Source: Clostridia bacterium
GTDB taxonomy: Bacteria > Bacillota > Clostridia > Oscillospirales > CAG-272
Direction: 5' to 3'
Length of the DNA: 40,145 nt
Assembly: GCA_017457465.1 (NCBI GenBank)
Contig: JAFTHJ010000253.1
Span: forward strand, 1-40,145
The notes under the pieces were generated by a model that was given only the letters and a program-made list of their open reading frames with translations, ran no database searches and was not told where the DNA came from. Position numbers and translations under genes: made by a program. How positions within the stretch are numbered: position 1 is the first letter of the stretch; the number at the start of each line of letters is the position of its first letter. Of the stretch, positions 26,501 through 34,248 are shown piece after piece.

Positions 26501-27678
26501 AAAGTAACGTTGCCTGCCTTTACGCGCTCAAGTAGCTCCTCAGTGGTAGCAATACCATTATTCTTTTTAAGGCTCTCTGTGAGCTTATTATAGGTATCCT
26601 GCGCCGATTGGAAAGCCTCTATATTCGTATCGTTCTTGCCCTCTGCATCAGCAAGCGCTCTGCCTGCTTCAATAACGCCAGCGTATGTACCACTCTCGGC
26701 GGCTTTTTTGCCCGAGAAATAGTTTACGGTGGTATTCACGCCTGCGTTAATGCCGATAGACGATCCCGACATTACCATACCCGAAAGACCGCCAACCATA
26801 GCGGCATAGAAGATCTCCTGTGCGGAGGCATTTTCTGCATCCGGGTTGTAGGTCATTCTCTGATATACAGGGGAAAGGAACTCCGCAAGACCTTCCTCAA
26901 AGGCTTCCGTTACAAAGTCCTCACCTATCTGCTTAAAGATAGCTTTTGCGCCCGTCTTTGCCACCGTTTCTGCGGTTTCTTTTGCGGCGGTTTTTCCAAG
27001 AGAGCTGATAATTCTACCCGTACCTTTTCCGATACCGGCAGTAGCAAATTCAATGCCCGCTTCGGTGATGCCCGAGAGAGCGCCGTATCCAAACTCTTTG
27101 CCCGTAAGCTGCCCTGTTTCTCTGTATGCTTCCTTTGTTGCATTACCAGCCGCGCCAAAGCCCGCGATACCTGCGGAAATACTGCTGATAATGAGCTTTG
27201 CGCCCACTCCCGACAGAGATCCGCCTGAGAAATAGATAATAGCCGCACCTGCCGCAGCGCCAGCAAGTGCAGGAAGGCTCGTACCGATACCCCCCGCTAC
27301 ATCACCCGCCACCTGCCAGCTTGAAGAAGGGTTAAACCACTCGTCTGCGTGATTATAATTCACCCAATCGCTTGCAAACTGCTGCTCAGCCCAATCGTCA
27401 GCACCAAAGAGCTTAGCTATACCGCCTGCGGTATAATCCCATATACCCTCTATGCCCGAAAGGAAGCCAAGACCTATTTTTTCGCCAAGATAGCCAAGAC
27501 CGCCGAAGAAGCCTCCGCTATTCTGTTCTGCCAGCTCTTGCGCCCTTTTTGCTTCTGCCTCTTTTGCCGCTTGCGCTCTTGCGTAAACGTTTGAGGCATT
27601 CATTTTTCCGAGTGTACCCAGCCCCGTAGGAGAGCTGAGCACACTATTTTTTTGTCCTAATGTGGTTATATTTGCCAT
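17539..27678 (-). CDS. giant polyvalent virion-associated protein (zincin metallopeptidase plus three ART-like modules plus large uncharacterised C-terminal half)
   Basis: Uninterrupted 3,379-codon ORF. Gly/Ala-rich hydrophobic N-terminus. ILGHEMFHKL (HExxH at aa 773-777, nt 25348-25362). Three paralogous modules carry YHG[ST]/YQG ... G(R)GFYF[AT]. Located between the portal-proximal gene and the scaffold. Confidence 0.85.
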   Translation of the reverse strand: MANITTLGQKNSVLSSPTGLGTLGKMNASNVYARAQAAKEAEAKRAQELAEQNSGGFFGGLGYLGEKIGLGFLSGIEGIWDYTAGGIAKLFGADDWAEQQFASDWVNYNHADEWFNPSSSWQVAGDVAGGIGTSLPALAGAAAGAAIIYFSGGSLSGVGAKLIISSISAGIAGFGAAGNATKEAYRETGQLTGKEFGYGALSGITEAGIEFATAGIGKGTGRIISSLGKTAAKETAETVAKTGAKAIFKQIGEDFVTEAFEEGLAEFLSPVYQRMTYNPDAENASAQEIFYAAMVGGLSGMVMSGSSIGINAGVNTTVNYFSGKKAAESGTYAGVIEAGRALADAEGKNDTNIEAFQSAQDTYNKLTESLKKNNGIATTEELLERVKAGNVTFKAKDLMYLGKLKRTSVIAHLHPYIERSARGLVFNAENAAQRYAAFGMTDANGKPIRVTAEQILSGIDASLVEKAKAGTLTDAEAKTFAKSLRKALSENSTLATLAVAEATGGIMMDTRRMAEAMLNGENLANTADLNRLIEKGKPEEMQALGQALGIEDWSKVTIDELRTRVAEFNANGGISEFAEQSKRMRRALEQGAESAKPLPHLLRKNMQDGVYRYTSEDGSVNMAIFKEGDTYRLYDYDGGNISRALSVQDVNQVLKRFWTSGQTTTAKSMQFTEETNLARETTEIDAYAAENIPDYNSLSEPNKAAIRMTVRQARAHGLADAETLVFAKVAAKSGLNVIFDAERAFGDGAISGNTIYVNPNNSEARTYEVILGHEMFHKLFADGDKRALQLFREARDLLERSNPEKAQEVRKRYKKFYKKLGTDSSVAQAISEEEVAAAGAEEVFRSADAWAYILSKEPSFADKVLSFFRKSAREYSSVQGLSAQARKFVRQYKALFESLAERNQGNNALSIALEGAGAKKMPVTNTETDYMHVTGDNDEEAPIVTNTDVDTDTRFALSKGKAERLKNDLVKLGTLGIRLDAGGKSIRILTDKFTQNKNIFSNKGRNMREVNARIKAIPHFAEILRSCTYEGSNTEIHGLENEAKKGVVAMHRFKGSYDGFDIEVVVRDKGSKQFLYEIKFIEKEKSPQQSMTDESASPAPLGDAENKLIITHSEKKSNTPGENSSKKPQKKRFALTDEAYLAAVESGDMDTVQAMVDEAAKKAGYTVKGYHGSHNSFTVFDEGKSGLYGGIESKIGFWFGATRKGAENWVSETWGTDENNPQVYESWLKIENPKVFTTTEMDSEAIKKVDEEIADAEEKYKSLYEELNELGLLARWSVSEYIRTNGKTAPKNSQNVDEKTFLEAQKIADELVSCKVMIESLRAKRGDLIFTDSYEQFKTEIYKLAGKTAEDANVGGLGMRLENGADVVKKYKESLVSQGYDGIIIKDTRFDADTIGEGKKSVQIVAFHSEQIKSADPITYDDAGKIIPLSKRFSPYSRDIRFALPETDSEGNPLSPEQREFFAESQIRAVEKDGYAEISPEGSLLPVYHGTNSGEFYEFDKKLIGAANDAGWYGRGFYFAFSEYEAGTYGRRVLKCYLNIKNPFNFSEEMGQYDGVADGDIYFDFASFVINMARKFPEIAKTLTVDVVEGFDGEGNAESSQSKNFIELADEIESIYNSERLTVESIYEGDTEYFGYKVSDNVEALDIPSEIKKIIKDEYITSASWASYLLKDGTITQEQYDSILDAMEEYGEHNFESYYPRGRFKTREQAEKYRLSAAITYLSDKRYSYIEQHLPEYFMQRAGKQFNEELRRRGYDGVIQSTTGDEIVAFEANQIKLASNKTPSASPDIRYALPESDSTGAELTSDQRKYFDASKQLDSEGRLQVMYQGAPEEFFTFDKKKSKASNLYGRGFYFTNSADQARHYGTVRGYYLNITNPLSATKKTISRMQMRKFLNAVAENEDYSIENYGTYDVAEVLRSVYEGKSDFAMLYDVSLTAIGDLVEAVELFNKVNGTEYDGFILDTESVIFRSEQAKLTSNTAPSSNPDTRYALTGDEDLDAIFGDIDMNADADGASFDIEAVLERGIPRKPGASTLTIGEMKKTIANNTHYQVFSKGKALEVIGRMFGTSDLTAKTRAELADALWQGFNDCTDLESRQTFAHDMAEFIVATMVTEAKVENPDVMEAQERLSYLSTYIGKISFHPEYLSEIRHIADKAGLKKILGRWGYKGKKGTSRVPMDVFAVDIAREMPGMSELEDMHPVEAFMELDAMYERAREDVKDKWISAYWEATDADMLAIVSGIEADIMRAFETEGEQSKFSRLVEGRIEYYSTRAEFWKAEHDRIKGRDRILGLLMSQAQKMKDLRLGTFANATQFDSELFKNSIEKLAKIQFRGNLNVSGTRKIMGELLQWYRKDNPLLEFVDDKNPGLYVQSVADMLESLSEGKKGFSKEELLTMYDVMSYFVKFVENYGKVFRNGKMIEALPEAKRYIGIAQANEGLKVGLFAKLSGSWYAEMFSDPATLVRRMDYYERGFYTEMFEDLREAATDAEIAEMRIMREYDEFLRSNKKYIEKASEELIEYRGQKIPKIQLIDLYMTMKRKHAWAGIAINGFPFKNLEGKVVRVPGFLPDEHISETDLEAAITAQQAEIAKHFTDADRQYMAILEKGYNEDARKLKADRDMQRLGFTNASTDYYYPIRRAYTAQNIDTSDAQAEYDRVTNSSFNKDIVKGAKQEIAIESADARFRRHIHAVCQYAYLSPAIETFNRLYNMDTSGNRNHPISVRTASENVWAKGNKYFMKLISDIQGIPAGSSEGMAALGLIRGNYAKFQLGANPKVWFTQLSSIFASSSILDADSITRGVFLSSEGIDQYCPLAELRRYENTAAMAQGVLDKQGKARSKAGRAIQKVGKFSDVLMQPIGMMDRFVVCRVFGACQVQVEKNGGAKVGTEANKIEAGKLLRKVIQETQQNSIATERSAAMRSSNEILRTVTMFTSDSMKVIGRVIDAFGEISVLHSKIKAATDPDVKAELRARLKVAKRNARKATTALVLTAVFMAGIAQLFRWLYDKEQKEDETVAQTMLVDAIGNLFGGLPIFKDIYATFAEGYDIDNYAYSAVNDLISGVKSIVDLVGLICENKATQQDYASRIKKVSYAVGQITGLPVRNVYNVLYGLTKRFNPEAAYKIDNVFYEKNYKNDFYKAIENEDVEMASFILSLLYNERMGVDMSEAVHNELYSLSAKGYKVLPKSAPKSITVEGAEYELNEAQQAAVRGSYSASQASLEKLFTKEKYKKLSEEMKAEAVNYVYELHYNMALEDALGIDRGNAVLISSVIGAENLAMLHVATKGLTSDTDKLGNAISGSKRKKVVAAINQLDVSSEQKLLLICAKGYALKDGDLRGLSAERAKKLLLRYILRMGKLNKQQKAELAALCGFEVRNGRIMLKTPS

Positions 27679-27693
27679 AATAACCTCCGTTTG

Positions 27694-30402
27694 TTATTTG
27701 GCATATTTTTCGTACATAGCCTTCAAGTATGCCTGGTATGTTCCGTATTTCTGCTTGTCGCTGTTGTTTCCTCGCGCAAATTCAGTTTTCGTTCTAATGC
27801 CCGGGTTGTATTTCGCAACATCTTCATAAGTTAATGTGCCCGAATCAGCCTTTTGCGCAATCTCACTGTCGGACGGATAGGTTACCGCCGTTTTTCCCTT
27901 TATTTTCGATGAGGGGGCGCTTTCAAGGAACGCCGCTACTGCTTTGTCTATTGTGCCCTGATCGTTATCGGATTTGAGTTTCACCCATCCGTTTTTCTTT
28001 CCGTACAGATAAAGATTGCCGTTATAGCAGACAATCTTTCCGGGCTTATCATCACTGCTGATGGATGTATCCGCGCCAACGCCAAAGAACCAGCCGCTGC
28101 CTTCTCCGTCAATAGAAGGTGTTTTGCTTGCGCTACCCGTAGCAAGTTTATTAAGAGCATTTATAGTAGCCGAATCCGTAACGGTTGCTCCGCAAAGCAA
28201 ATCAAACTCCGTATCTTTATTTCTCGAAGTAGAACCGAGGGTAATATCAACATCGTCATTTTCTCTGCCTGTTCCAAGACCTTCGATAAACCAGCCTCCC
28301 GAAACAGTATTGCTTGATGCCGCACCGATAGATCTCATCTTCTCCACGTACTGCGAAGCAGTGAGCTTGCCCGATTTGTACTGATACGTTACGCCCTGGG
28401 AGCTATTATTGAGTAATGCGGTGATCTCATCGTAAGTTGCCTTGTCGATGTTTCCATCACGATAAAGAGCATCTGCATCCGCAAAAGCGCCTGCGATATT
28501 ATCAACGTTACCCGAGTTAAGCATATCAACAACGCCGTTATAAACGTTCCTGTTCTGCTCAGCCTTAGCCTTTGCGGCATCGTCTGCGGTAAGAACATCG
28601 TTTTTAGCCATATCGTCATAATCTTCCTGCGTGTAGTAGGAAGGATCGTACTGCGAATTAGCAACAACATCCTTGTAATTAACGCTGGAATCGGTTGCCT
28701 TTGCTTCCTCCTTCTTCTGCTCGTAGGCTGCCGCGCTATCAATAAGCGCCTGCTTTTGCTCAGGAGAAAGACCATAGGTATCCGCAAGGCTTGCAAGCTG
28801 ATCCGCGTTATACTCGCCCGTATTAGCGCCACCGAGCAAAACGCCAAACATTTCATCCGCGTAAGCCTTTTCCGCCTTAGCCTCAGCTTCTGCTTCATCA
28901 GCCTTTTTCTGCTGATATACGGCAATATCCTTTTCGTTCTCGGCAAGCCCCGTTTTATACGAAATCTCAGCCTCGTTCCTCTCGCTCGCCGCGTTATAAT
29001 TTGCATCCGCAATTCTTTCATCGGCTTCCTTGTTGGCATCGGCAACACTTGCGTTATAGCTACTGTCAGCAGCGTAGATATTGCCCGCATAGGTCTGATC
29101 CGCCTCGTACTTGGCATCTCTATTTGCGCTATTCGCAGCATAGTCTGCCGCCGCTTTATCCTGATTTGCCTTAGTGAGATTTTCGTTATAGGTCGTATTG
29201 ATAGCATACACCGTATCAGCGTACTTGCTTTCGGCATTAGCTACATTCTCGGCATAGGTTGCATCGGCTTCAAGCTTTTTCTCATCCTCGGCATAACGCG
29301 CAGCTCTCTTAGCCGCTTCCGCATCAGCATTTACCGCCTGGACCTCTCCTCGTTGCGCTGCATAAGCCTGCGCATTAAGGTAATCACTATAACCGCCTCC
29401 TGTAAGCCCCATAGAAGCAAGAGCCTCGGCATTTGCACCATAGGTTGATTTGTTTTGCTCGTAAGCGCTACTTGCATCTACAATGCCTCGCTGCCTTGCA
29501 ATATCAGCCTGTTCGTACTCGCGTACTCTTGCGGCTTCCGCTGCGGCATATACCGCCGCTTTTGTTTCTTCCGAGAGGGAAAGCAGGATCTGCTTTGTTT
29601 CCTCCGCATACTGCATACCCGATTCTTTTGCAGCATTGATGCTTGCAAGAAGCCGATCGTACTGCTCCTGGTTAAATCCAAGAGCTGCCATAAGCGCCTG
29701 ATCTGCGTATGTATATGCGTTATTCTTGATGGTTTCCGCTGCGGCGTAGTCGGATTCTTTTTGCGTTCCTGCCGCCGCAATAGCATCGTTTCTGATGCCG
29801 TTTATCTCGTCAACGAGTTGCTTGTTTTGCGCATCAATTCCCGCAATAGCATCCGTGTAAATATCCTTCAGCTCGTCAGGTACGCCCTGGAGGTATTCAA
29901 GGTAACTATCGGTTGGAGCATTTGCCGTTGCATCTCCGCCAGCAGTTGTATTGGAAGGCGGGCTTGCTTCGGGCGCGGGTGTCGCAGGGGTGGGCGTAGA
30001 AGTGGTTTCCGTAGCAGGTGTATTTGCTTCCGTATTTGCGTTATAGGAAAGATCCACCTTTTGCGGTGCAGGTGCGCTTACAGGCGTTATATTCGCTCCG
30101 TATGAGTTGCCGAAAGTGGAGTTGTTCACGTTAGGGTTGCCAATAACTACGCCCTCATCTGTTACCCCTCCGTAGCTTCCGCCTCCAGCCGCAGCGCCTA
30201 CCTGGACTACATTAGCGGCATAGGAAAGGGTGTTAGGTCCTACAAAATTACTGCCCGTAGGAGAAACGGAAGGAATCGTTACCTGCGAGCCGCCTACAAG
30301 ATTTCCACCCTGGAATGAATACGAGGGAGGCGTTACGGGGGAAGGTCCACCGCCGCCATCATAGAGGCTCACTTGCGCGAGATTGTTTTTATACGTTAGC
30401 AC
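27694..30402 (-). CDS. low-complexity virion protein (internal/ejection protein candidate)
   Basis: 902 aa, GTG start with a GGGAGG RBS, overlapping the portal stop. Gly/Pro/Thr-rich N-terminus and a long Ala/Asp/Asn/Tyr degenerate repeat region (ADATYAENVANAESKYADTVYAINTTYNEN...). Confidence 0.6.
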   Translation of the reverse strand: MLTYKNNLAQVSLYDGGGGPSPVTPPSYSFQGGNLVGGSQVTIPSVSPTGSNFVGPNTLSYAANVVQVGAAAGGGSYGGVTDEGVVIGNPNVNNSTFGNSYGANITPVSAPAPQKVDLSYNANTEANTPATETTSTPTPATPAPEASPPSNTTAGGDATANAPTDSYLEYLQGVPDELKDIYTDAIAGIDAQNKQLVDEINGIRNDAIAAAGTQKESDYAAAETIKNNAYTYADQALMAALGFNQEQYDRLLASINAAKESGMQYAEETKQILLSLSEETKAAVYAAAEAARVREYEQADIARQRGIVDASSAYEQNKSTYGANAEALASMGLTGGGYSDYLNAQAYAAQRGEVQAVNADAEAAKRAARYAEDEKKLEADATYAENVANAESKYADTVYAINTTYNENLTKANQDKAAADYAANSANRDAKYEADQTYAGNIYAADSSYNASVADANKEADERIADANYNAASERNEAEISYKTGLAENEKDIAVYQQKKADEAEAEAKAEKAYADEMFGVLLGGANTGEYNADQLASLADTYGLSPEQKQALIDSAAAYEQKKEEAKATDSSVNYKDVVANSQYDPSYYTQEDYDDMAKNDVLTADDAAKAKAEQNRNVYNGVVDMLNSGNVDNIAGAFADADALYRDGNIDKATYDEITALLNNSSQGVTYQYKSGKLTASQYVEKMRSIGAASSNTVSGGWFIEGLGTGRENDDVDITLGSTSRNKDTEFDLLCGATVTDSATINALNKLATGSASKTPSIDGEGSGWFFGVGADTSISSDDKPGKIVCYNGNLYLYGKKNGWVKLKSDNDQGTIDKAVAAFLESAPSSKIKGKTAVTYPSDSEIAQKADSGTLTYEDVAKYNPGIRTKTEFARGNNSDKQKYGTYQAYLKAMYEKYAK

Positions 30403-32362
30403 TGTTCGTACCTCCCTTTAATGCTTTGATTTGCTGGAGAAGCTTATTCTCGTAACCGGCTCTGTTCTTCACATCCTCGGTAAGCCTTGCAATCTTATCC
30501 TGGTAGCCTGCAATCTCGTTCTGACGGGCAATTTCCGCCTTGATGCGCTCAACGTTATCGTTAGCCCAGGGATAGTGCGCCTTCTCCATATTCTGCCAAA
30601 AGATGAGCTGGGTTTGAGGCAGCGCGGGATCTCCGTATGCTCCGCTTTGGAAGTTCTGCCTATTCTCCTGCCATAAAAGCTCTCTTGATTTCTCAATATC
30701 TATGGTCGCATCGGTGCGGAACAGATACTGATCGTTGTAGTAATACTCGCCAGCCTCATCCCTCTCGATGAAGTCATAGCGGTTAAAGAGATAATTTTGC
30801 AGGTTGCCCTGCGCATCTCTGTATGTAGCGGGGCGCGGCTCGTCTGCGTATGCAAGGTAGTATTGGAAGATGATCTGATCTATCTCGGCATACGCGGCAT
30901 TTTTCATCTGCCGCTTGGAATCCAAACGACCTGCCGCCTGCTGAATTTGGAGCTGCTTAGCTCTACCACTCTGTGCGGAGCTATCATACTGCCCCTGGTA
31001 ACTGTCAGTGATGCCGAGGATGCGCTTTGCGTGGTCGTAAATACGATCTGCTTCCGCAATATCCTTTGAAATATCCACCGACAGATCAAGTCTGCCGTAC
31101 TGCGCGTAGGTGTTAGGGTTAGCCTTAAATACCTTTTGGAAGATGGAATTATCCATATCTCCCGCAAAGTCCTCGGGTACGATAGGATAAACACCGCTTC
31201 CGAGGGTTTTCTGAAGGATGCGGCTCTCAATCTTGTTTACCGCCTGCTGCTGAGGTCTTATAAACTCGCAATCGCTCTGACCGAGCAGCGAATCCTCCTC
31301 AGAGGTATTCTTACGAATAACAACCGGGAGAATGTTAGGCGTATAGAACGGCAGGCGCGTTTTCTCCATCTTAGGCACTTGCACGTCAACCATAAGGGGC
31401 GCGAAGCCACCGCCTGCATCTTCAAGAGCCATACTGCCATCAACCTCAAGCACCTGCTGCTTCTGCGTTTCAAAAACAATTTGACCGTCCTTAATAACCT
31501 CGCTCATAGCGGGAATGATATTGCCATCGGATTGCACAATATCCCTCTCCAGCTCCTCATAATCCTCGTTCTGAAGCTCGTAGAAGCTATCCTTTGCGTT
31601 CTCGCAGGTACAAAGTTCCTCGCGCTTGCCGCAGTGCTTACAGATGCGGCGCTTGCGTGCGTAGTAGTCCTCAATATCAAGCAGCTCGGTTTCGCCACTC
31701 CATACGTACTCGCAAACCTTATCCTCTGCATTTTTGTAGTAGCACACGTAGAGGGTTGCGGTCTTATCATCTGCGTTTTCCTCGCTCTCGGCATCGTCTG
31801 CAACCTCAAGAGATACGCCGTACTTGCGCACTATATCCTCTTTGGTCGTTTCAAAGGTTATGAAGCAATACTCCATATCCTTGACCTCGTAAATATTAGG
31901 CTGCCCTACAAAGCGCGTAGGCGAGAGGCAGGAGATCTTTACATCTCCTACGGTGTTGTGCGTTCTGATGGAATTATCCCACTCAATGAGCCATACAGAG
32001 CCGCCATAAATGTAGGAAAGGCGCTCATCCATATCGTTCATCTTCTCAAATGCCAGCTCATCTCTCTTGTTGCGCAAGAGGGTTTCTACGCTCTTTGCGT
32101 TGCGCTCGTTGCGCTCGCTCTGCATCTTAGGAGAAGTGCAAGGGTTAGGGATATACGTTGTTACCTGGCTTTCAATAAGCTCGTAGGTGATATTCCATAC
32201 GTGAGAGGCTTCTACATTAGAGCCGTCAATCTTGGTGCTTCCTTTGTACTGCTCAGCGTGCTGCGCAAGCTTAGCAAACAACGCCTCAAGCGAGGATCGG
32301 GCTTCTTGGTAGAGGTCCTGGAAAAAGGAGAGCTTTGTGCCTCCGTTTAATTCGATTCTCAT
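30389..32362 (-). CDS. portal protein (candidate)
   Basis: 657 aa. Start overlaps the TerL stop. Size and position are typical. Contains an inserted C-x2-C-x6-C-T-C knuckle. Confidence 0.65.
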   Translation of the reverse strand: MRIELNGGTKLSFFQDLYQEARSSLEALFAKLAQHAEQYKGSTKIDGSNVEASHVWNITYELIESQVTTYIPNPCTSPKMQSERNERNAKSVETLLRNKRDELAFEKMNDMDERLSYIYGGSVWLIEWDNSIRTHNTVGDVKISCLSPTRFVGQPNIYEVKDMEYCFITFETTKEDIVRKYGVSLEVADDAESEENADDKTATLYVCYYKNAEDKVCEYVWSGETELLDIEDYYARKRRICKHCGKREELCTCENAKDSFYELQNEDYEELERDIVQSDGNIIPAMSEVIKDGQIVFETQKQQVLEVDGSMALEDAGGGFAPLMVDVQVPKMEKTRLPFYTPNILPVVIRKNTSEEDSLLGQSDCEFIRPQQQAVNKIESRILQKTLGSGVYPIVPEDFAGDMDNSIFQKVFKANPNTYAQYGRLDLSVDISKDIAEADRIYDHAKRILGITDSYQGQYDSSAQSGRAKQLQIQQAAGRLDSKRQMKNAAYAEIDQIIFQYYLAYADEPRPATYRDAQGNLQNYLFNRYDFIERDEAGEYYYNDQYLFRTDATIDIEKSRELLWQENRQNFQSGAYGDPALPQTQLIFWQNMEKAHYPWANDNVERIKAEIARQNEIAGYQDKIARLTEDVKNRAGYENKLLQQIKALKGGTNSANV

Positions 32363-33729
32363 ATATCGGGTAAACCTCCGTATTTTTGTATAAGTCTATT
32401 TCGCTCCTCGTCTGTTCTCGCGTTACGCCAATCCTCAAGCCAATCCTGGCGGTATTTCACGCGCTTGGAGGAAGCGGATCGTGCCGGGGATACCCAATAG
32501 ATCGCAAAGTAACGCAGCGCATCGGGAGAGTGTGTAATCTCGTGAGGCTCGTTGAGCGTGTCTGTCGGGTGTTTTGGATCTCGCAACAGTTCGGGGAGAT
32601 GTTCAATTAAAGTAGGGCAAGTTGTGAAGATATGTAGGCGGCACTTGCCGTGCTTATCCTTTGTCAAAAGCTCCTTGATGGCAAGCCAGCCTGCCTCTCG
32701 GTCATTATTTGATTTCGTAAGGGATAGCCCCGCCTCATAAAAGAGCGCCGCCTTGCTCTTGCCCGTTTCCTGCGACCTATTCCATAGGTCAGGGGGCGCA
32801 AGCACTGCGTAAATATTTTCGTCTTTGAGCGTGAAGTTGTTTATAGCCTCTGCCGCCTTGCGTATAGGTAAATCGGGCTTGCAAAATTCCTTATACACAT
32901 AGCAGTTATTATTGTTATCTACGGCTATCCAATAGGCTGCAAGCATATCCAAGCCATAGTCAATAGAGATATAGCGCCGCCATTCCTTTGGAATTTGAAA
33001 CGGTGCGCAGGTATGTAGCTCGCGGTCAAACTCGTTGAAGTATTGCCCCTCAGCAACATCCCAAGAGCCGTAGCGCCAGCGCCGCCTCATATCCTCGGGA
33101 AGTGAATCAAGCTGCTTTACATAGTCGGGGTTTTTCTCCATCAGGATTTGGTTATCATCTACCAGGGATTGAATAAACCTAAATTCGCTGGGATCTTCGC
33201 CCTCTTTGTATTTGCGGCTTACAAACAACCTTTTTACCCACAGGAAGCCTATTCCGTCAGGGTTACAGGTCAGATACATTCGTTTAGGGAAGTTATTAGC
33301 ACCACGCAAGCAAGCTTTTAAGACGTTAAATACAAGCTCAGAGAACTGCGTTGCTTCTTCCAAGAAGATAACATCATACTCCTGACCTTGATACTGCAAG
33401 GCATCGGTATCATTATCAAAGAAGGAGCACTTAATTCTTGAGCCATTAGGGAATACAAAGGATTTATCAACCTCTTTGTACGGCACATACCTCTGCGGCA
33501 GATCCGCTTTGAGAGGGAGTATATGGTTGTCGCGCAGGTCAAGGTAGGTTTTACGGATGATAAGGATTTTTATGCCGCCCCACTTCATAGCAAGGCGCTT
33601 TGCCTTCTCTCTTACAGACCAGCTTTTGCCGCCGCCTCTCGCACCGCCAAAAGCCACATATTTCTCCGTAGCAAGCATAAACTCTTTCTGCTTAGGCTGC
33701 GGCTTTCCGAGCGAGATTTTAACGATCAT
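32359..33729 (-). CDS. terL: terminase large subunit
   Basis: 456 aa. Walker A FGGARGGGKS, Walker B-like YDVIFLEEAT, and a C-terminal nuclease-like half. Overlaps the TerS stop. Confidence 0.9.
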   Translation of the reverse strand: MIVKISLGKPQPKQKEFMLATEKYVAFGGARGGGKSWSVREKAKRLAMKWGGIKILIIRKTYLDLRDNHILPLKADLPQRYVPYKEVDKSFVFPNGSRIKCSFFDNDTDALQYQGQEYDVIFLEEATQFSELVFNVLKACLRGANNFPKRMYLTCNPDGIGFLWVKRLFVSRKYKEGEDPSEFRFIQSLVDDNQILMEKNPDYVKQLDSLPEDMRRRWRYGSWDVAEGQYFNEFDRELHTCAPFQIPKEWRRYISIDYGLDMLAAYWIAVDNNNNCYVYKEFCKPDLPIRKAAEAINNFTLKDENIYAVLAPPDLWNRSQETGKSKAALFYEAGLSLTKSNNDREAGWLAIKELLTKDKHGKCRLHIFTTCPTLIEHLPELLRDPKHPTDTLNEPHEITHSPDALRYFAIYWVSPARSASSKRVKYRQDWLEDWRNARTDEERNRLIQKYGGLPDI

Positions 33730-34226
33730 TAGTTGCTTTCCTCGTCTATCTCATCAGAGCCGTAGTCAACACTGAAGGTGATGGTAGTATCGTTGGTTGT
33801 CTTGTCGCTCATACCGTGATCGTTGGAGAGCACAAACTTCGTGAAGTTGCTATCGTAGTGCTTCATTATGCCGCCTGCCTTGCCGATGCCGAGCTGCATA
33901 TTTTTTGCTATCGCGTATGCGGCTGAAAAACGGGGGTGCTTCTCGCACCAATTCAGAAGCGTTTTGTGCGTTACGCCAATGCTTGCCGCAAACAATTCAA
34001 AGGTGGGAAATTTAGGCGGCATCATAATAGGCTCTTCACTTTTGAGAGTTCCATCTTTGTAATAACTTCGCTTATAAACGTACTCAGGGGGGCGCTCCTG
34101 AAAGTAGGCTACAAGCATATCTGCATACTTCTCGCAGTATTTCTCAGCGATCTTGTTTCCAAGCTTAAACCTGGTGCTTTCGCCGGTAGTGTTTCCTTTT
34201 GGAAACTGTCCGTTGTTTTCGCTCAT
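33729..34226 (-). CDS. terS: terminase small subunit
   Basis: 165 aa from ATG 34226 (MSENNGQF..., AAGGAAAGGAG RBS). HTH-like FELFAASIGVTHKTLLNWCEKHPRFSAAYAIAK typical of TerS. The track's upstream start at 34256 would overlap the terminator U-tract. Confidence 0.7.
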   Translation of the reverse strand: MSENNGQFPKGNTTGESTRFKLGNKIAEKYCEKYADMLVAYFQERPPEYVYKRSYYKDGTLKSEEPIMMPPKFPTFELFAASIGVTHKTLLNWCEKHPRFSAAYAIAKNMQLGIGKAGGIMKHYDSNFTKFVLSNDHGMSDKTTNDTTITFSVDYGSDEIDEESN

Positions 34227-34248
34227 TTGCTTTGATCTCCTTTCCTTG

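Noticed and set aside
17539-27678. The giant ORF as a tail tape-measure protein
   Set aside because: It lies between portal and scaffold rather than in a tail module. It contains enzymatic-looking globular domains (HExxH, ART-like) rather than continuous coiled coil, and no tube or chaperone genes accompany it. A MuF-like packaging domain could not be confirmed by eye either, so it is not claimed.
28389-29237. 282-aa Arg-rich minus-strand ORF in an alternative frame
   Set aside because: It lies entirely inside the 902-aa gene. Its Arg/Ile/Thr-rich low-complexity translation is what the GCN/GAY-rich repeats give in the +1 frame, and it has no independent start signals.
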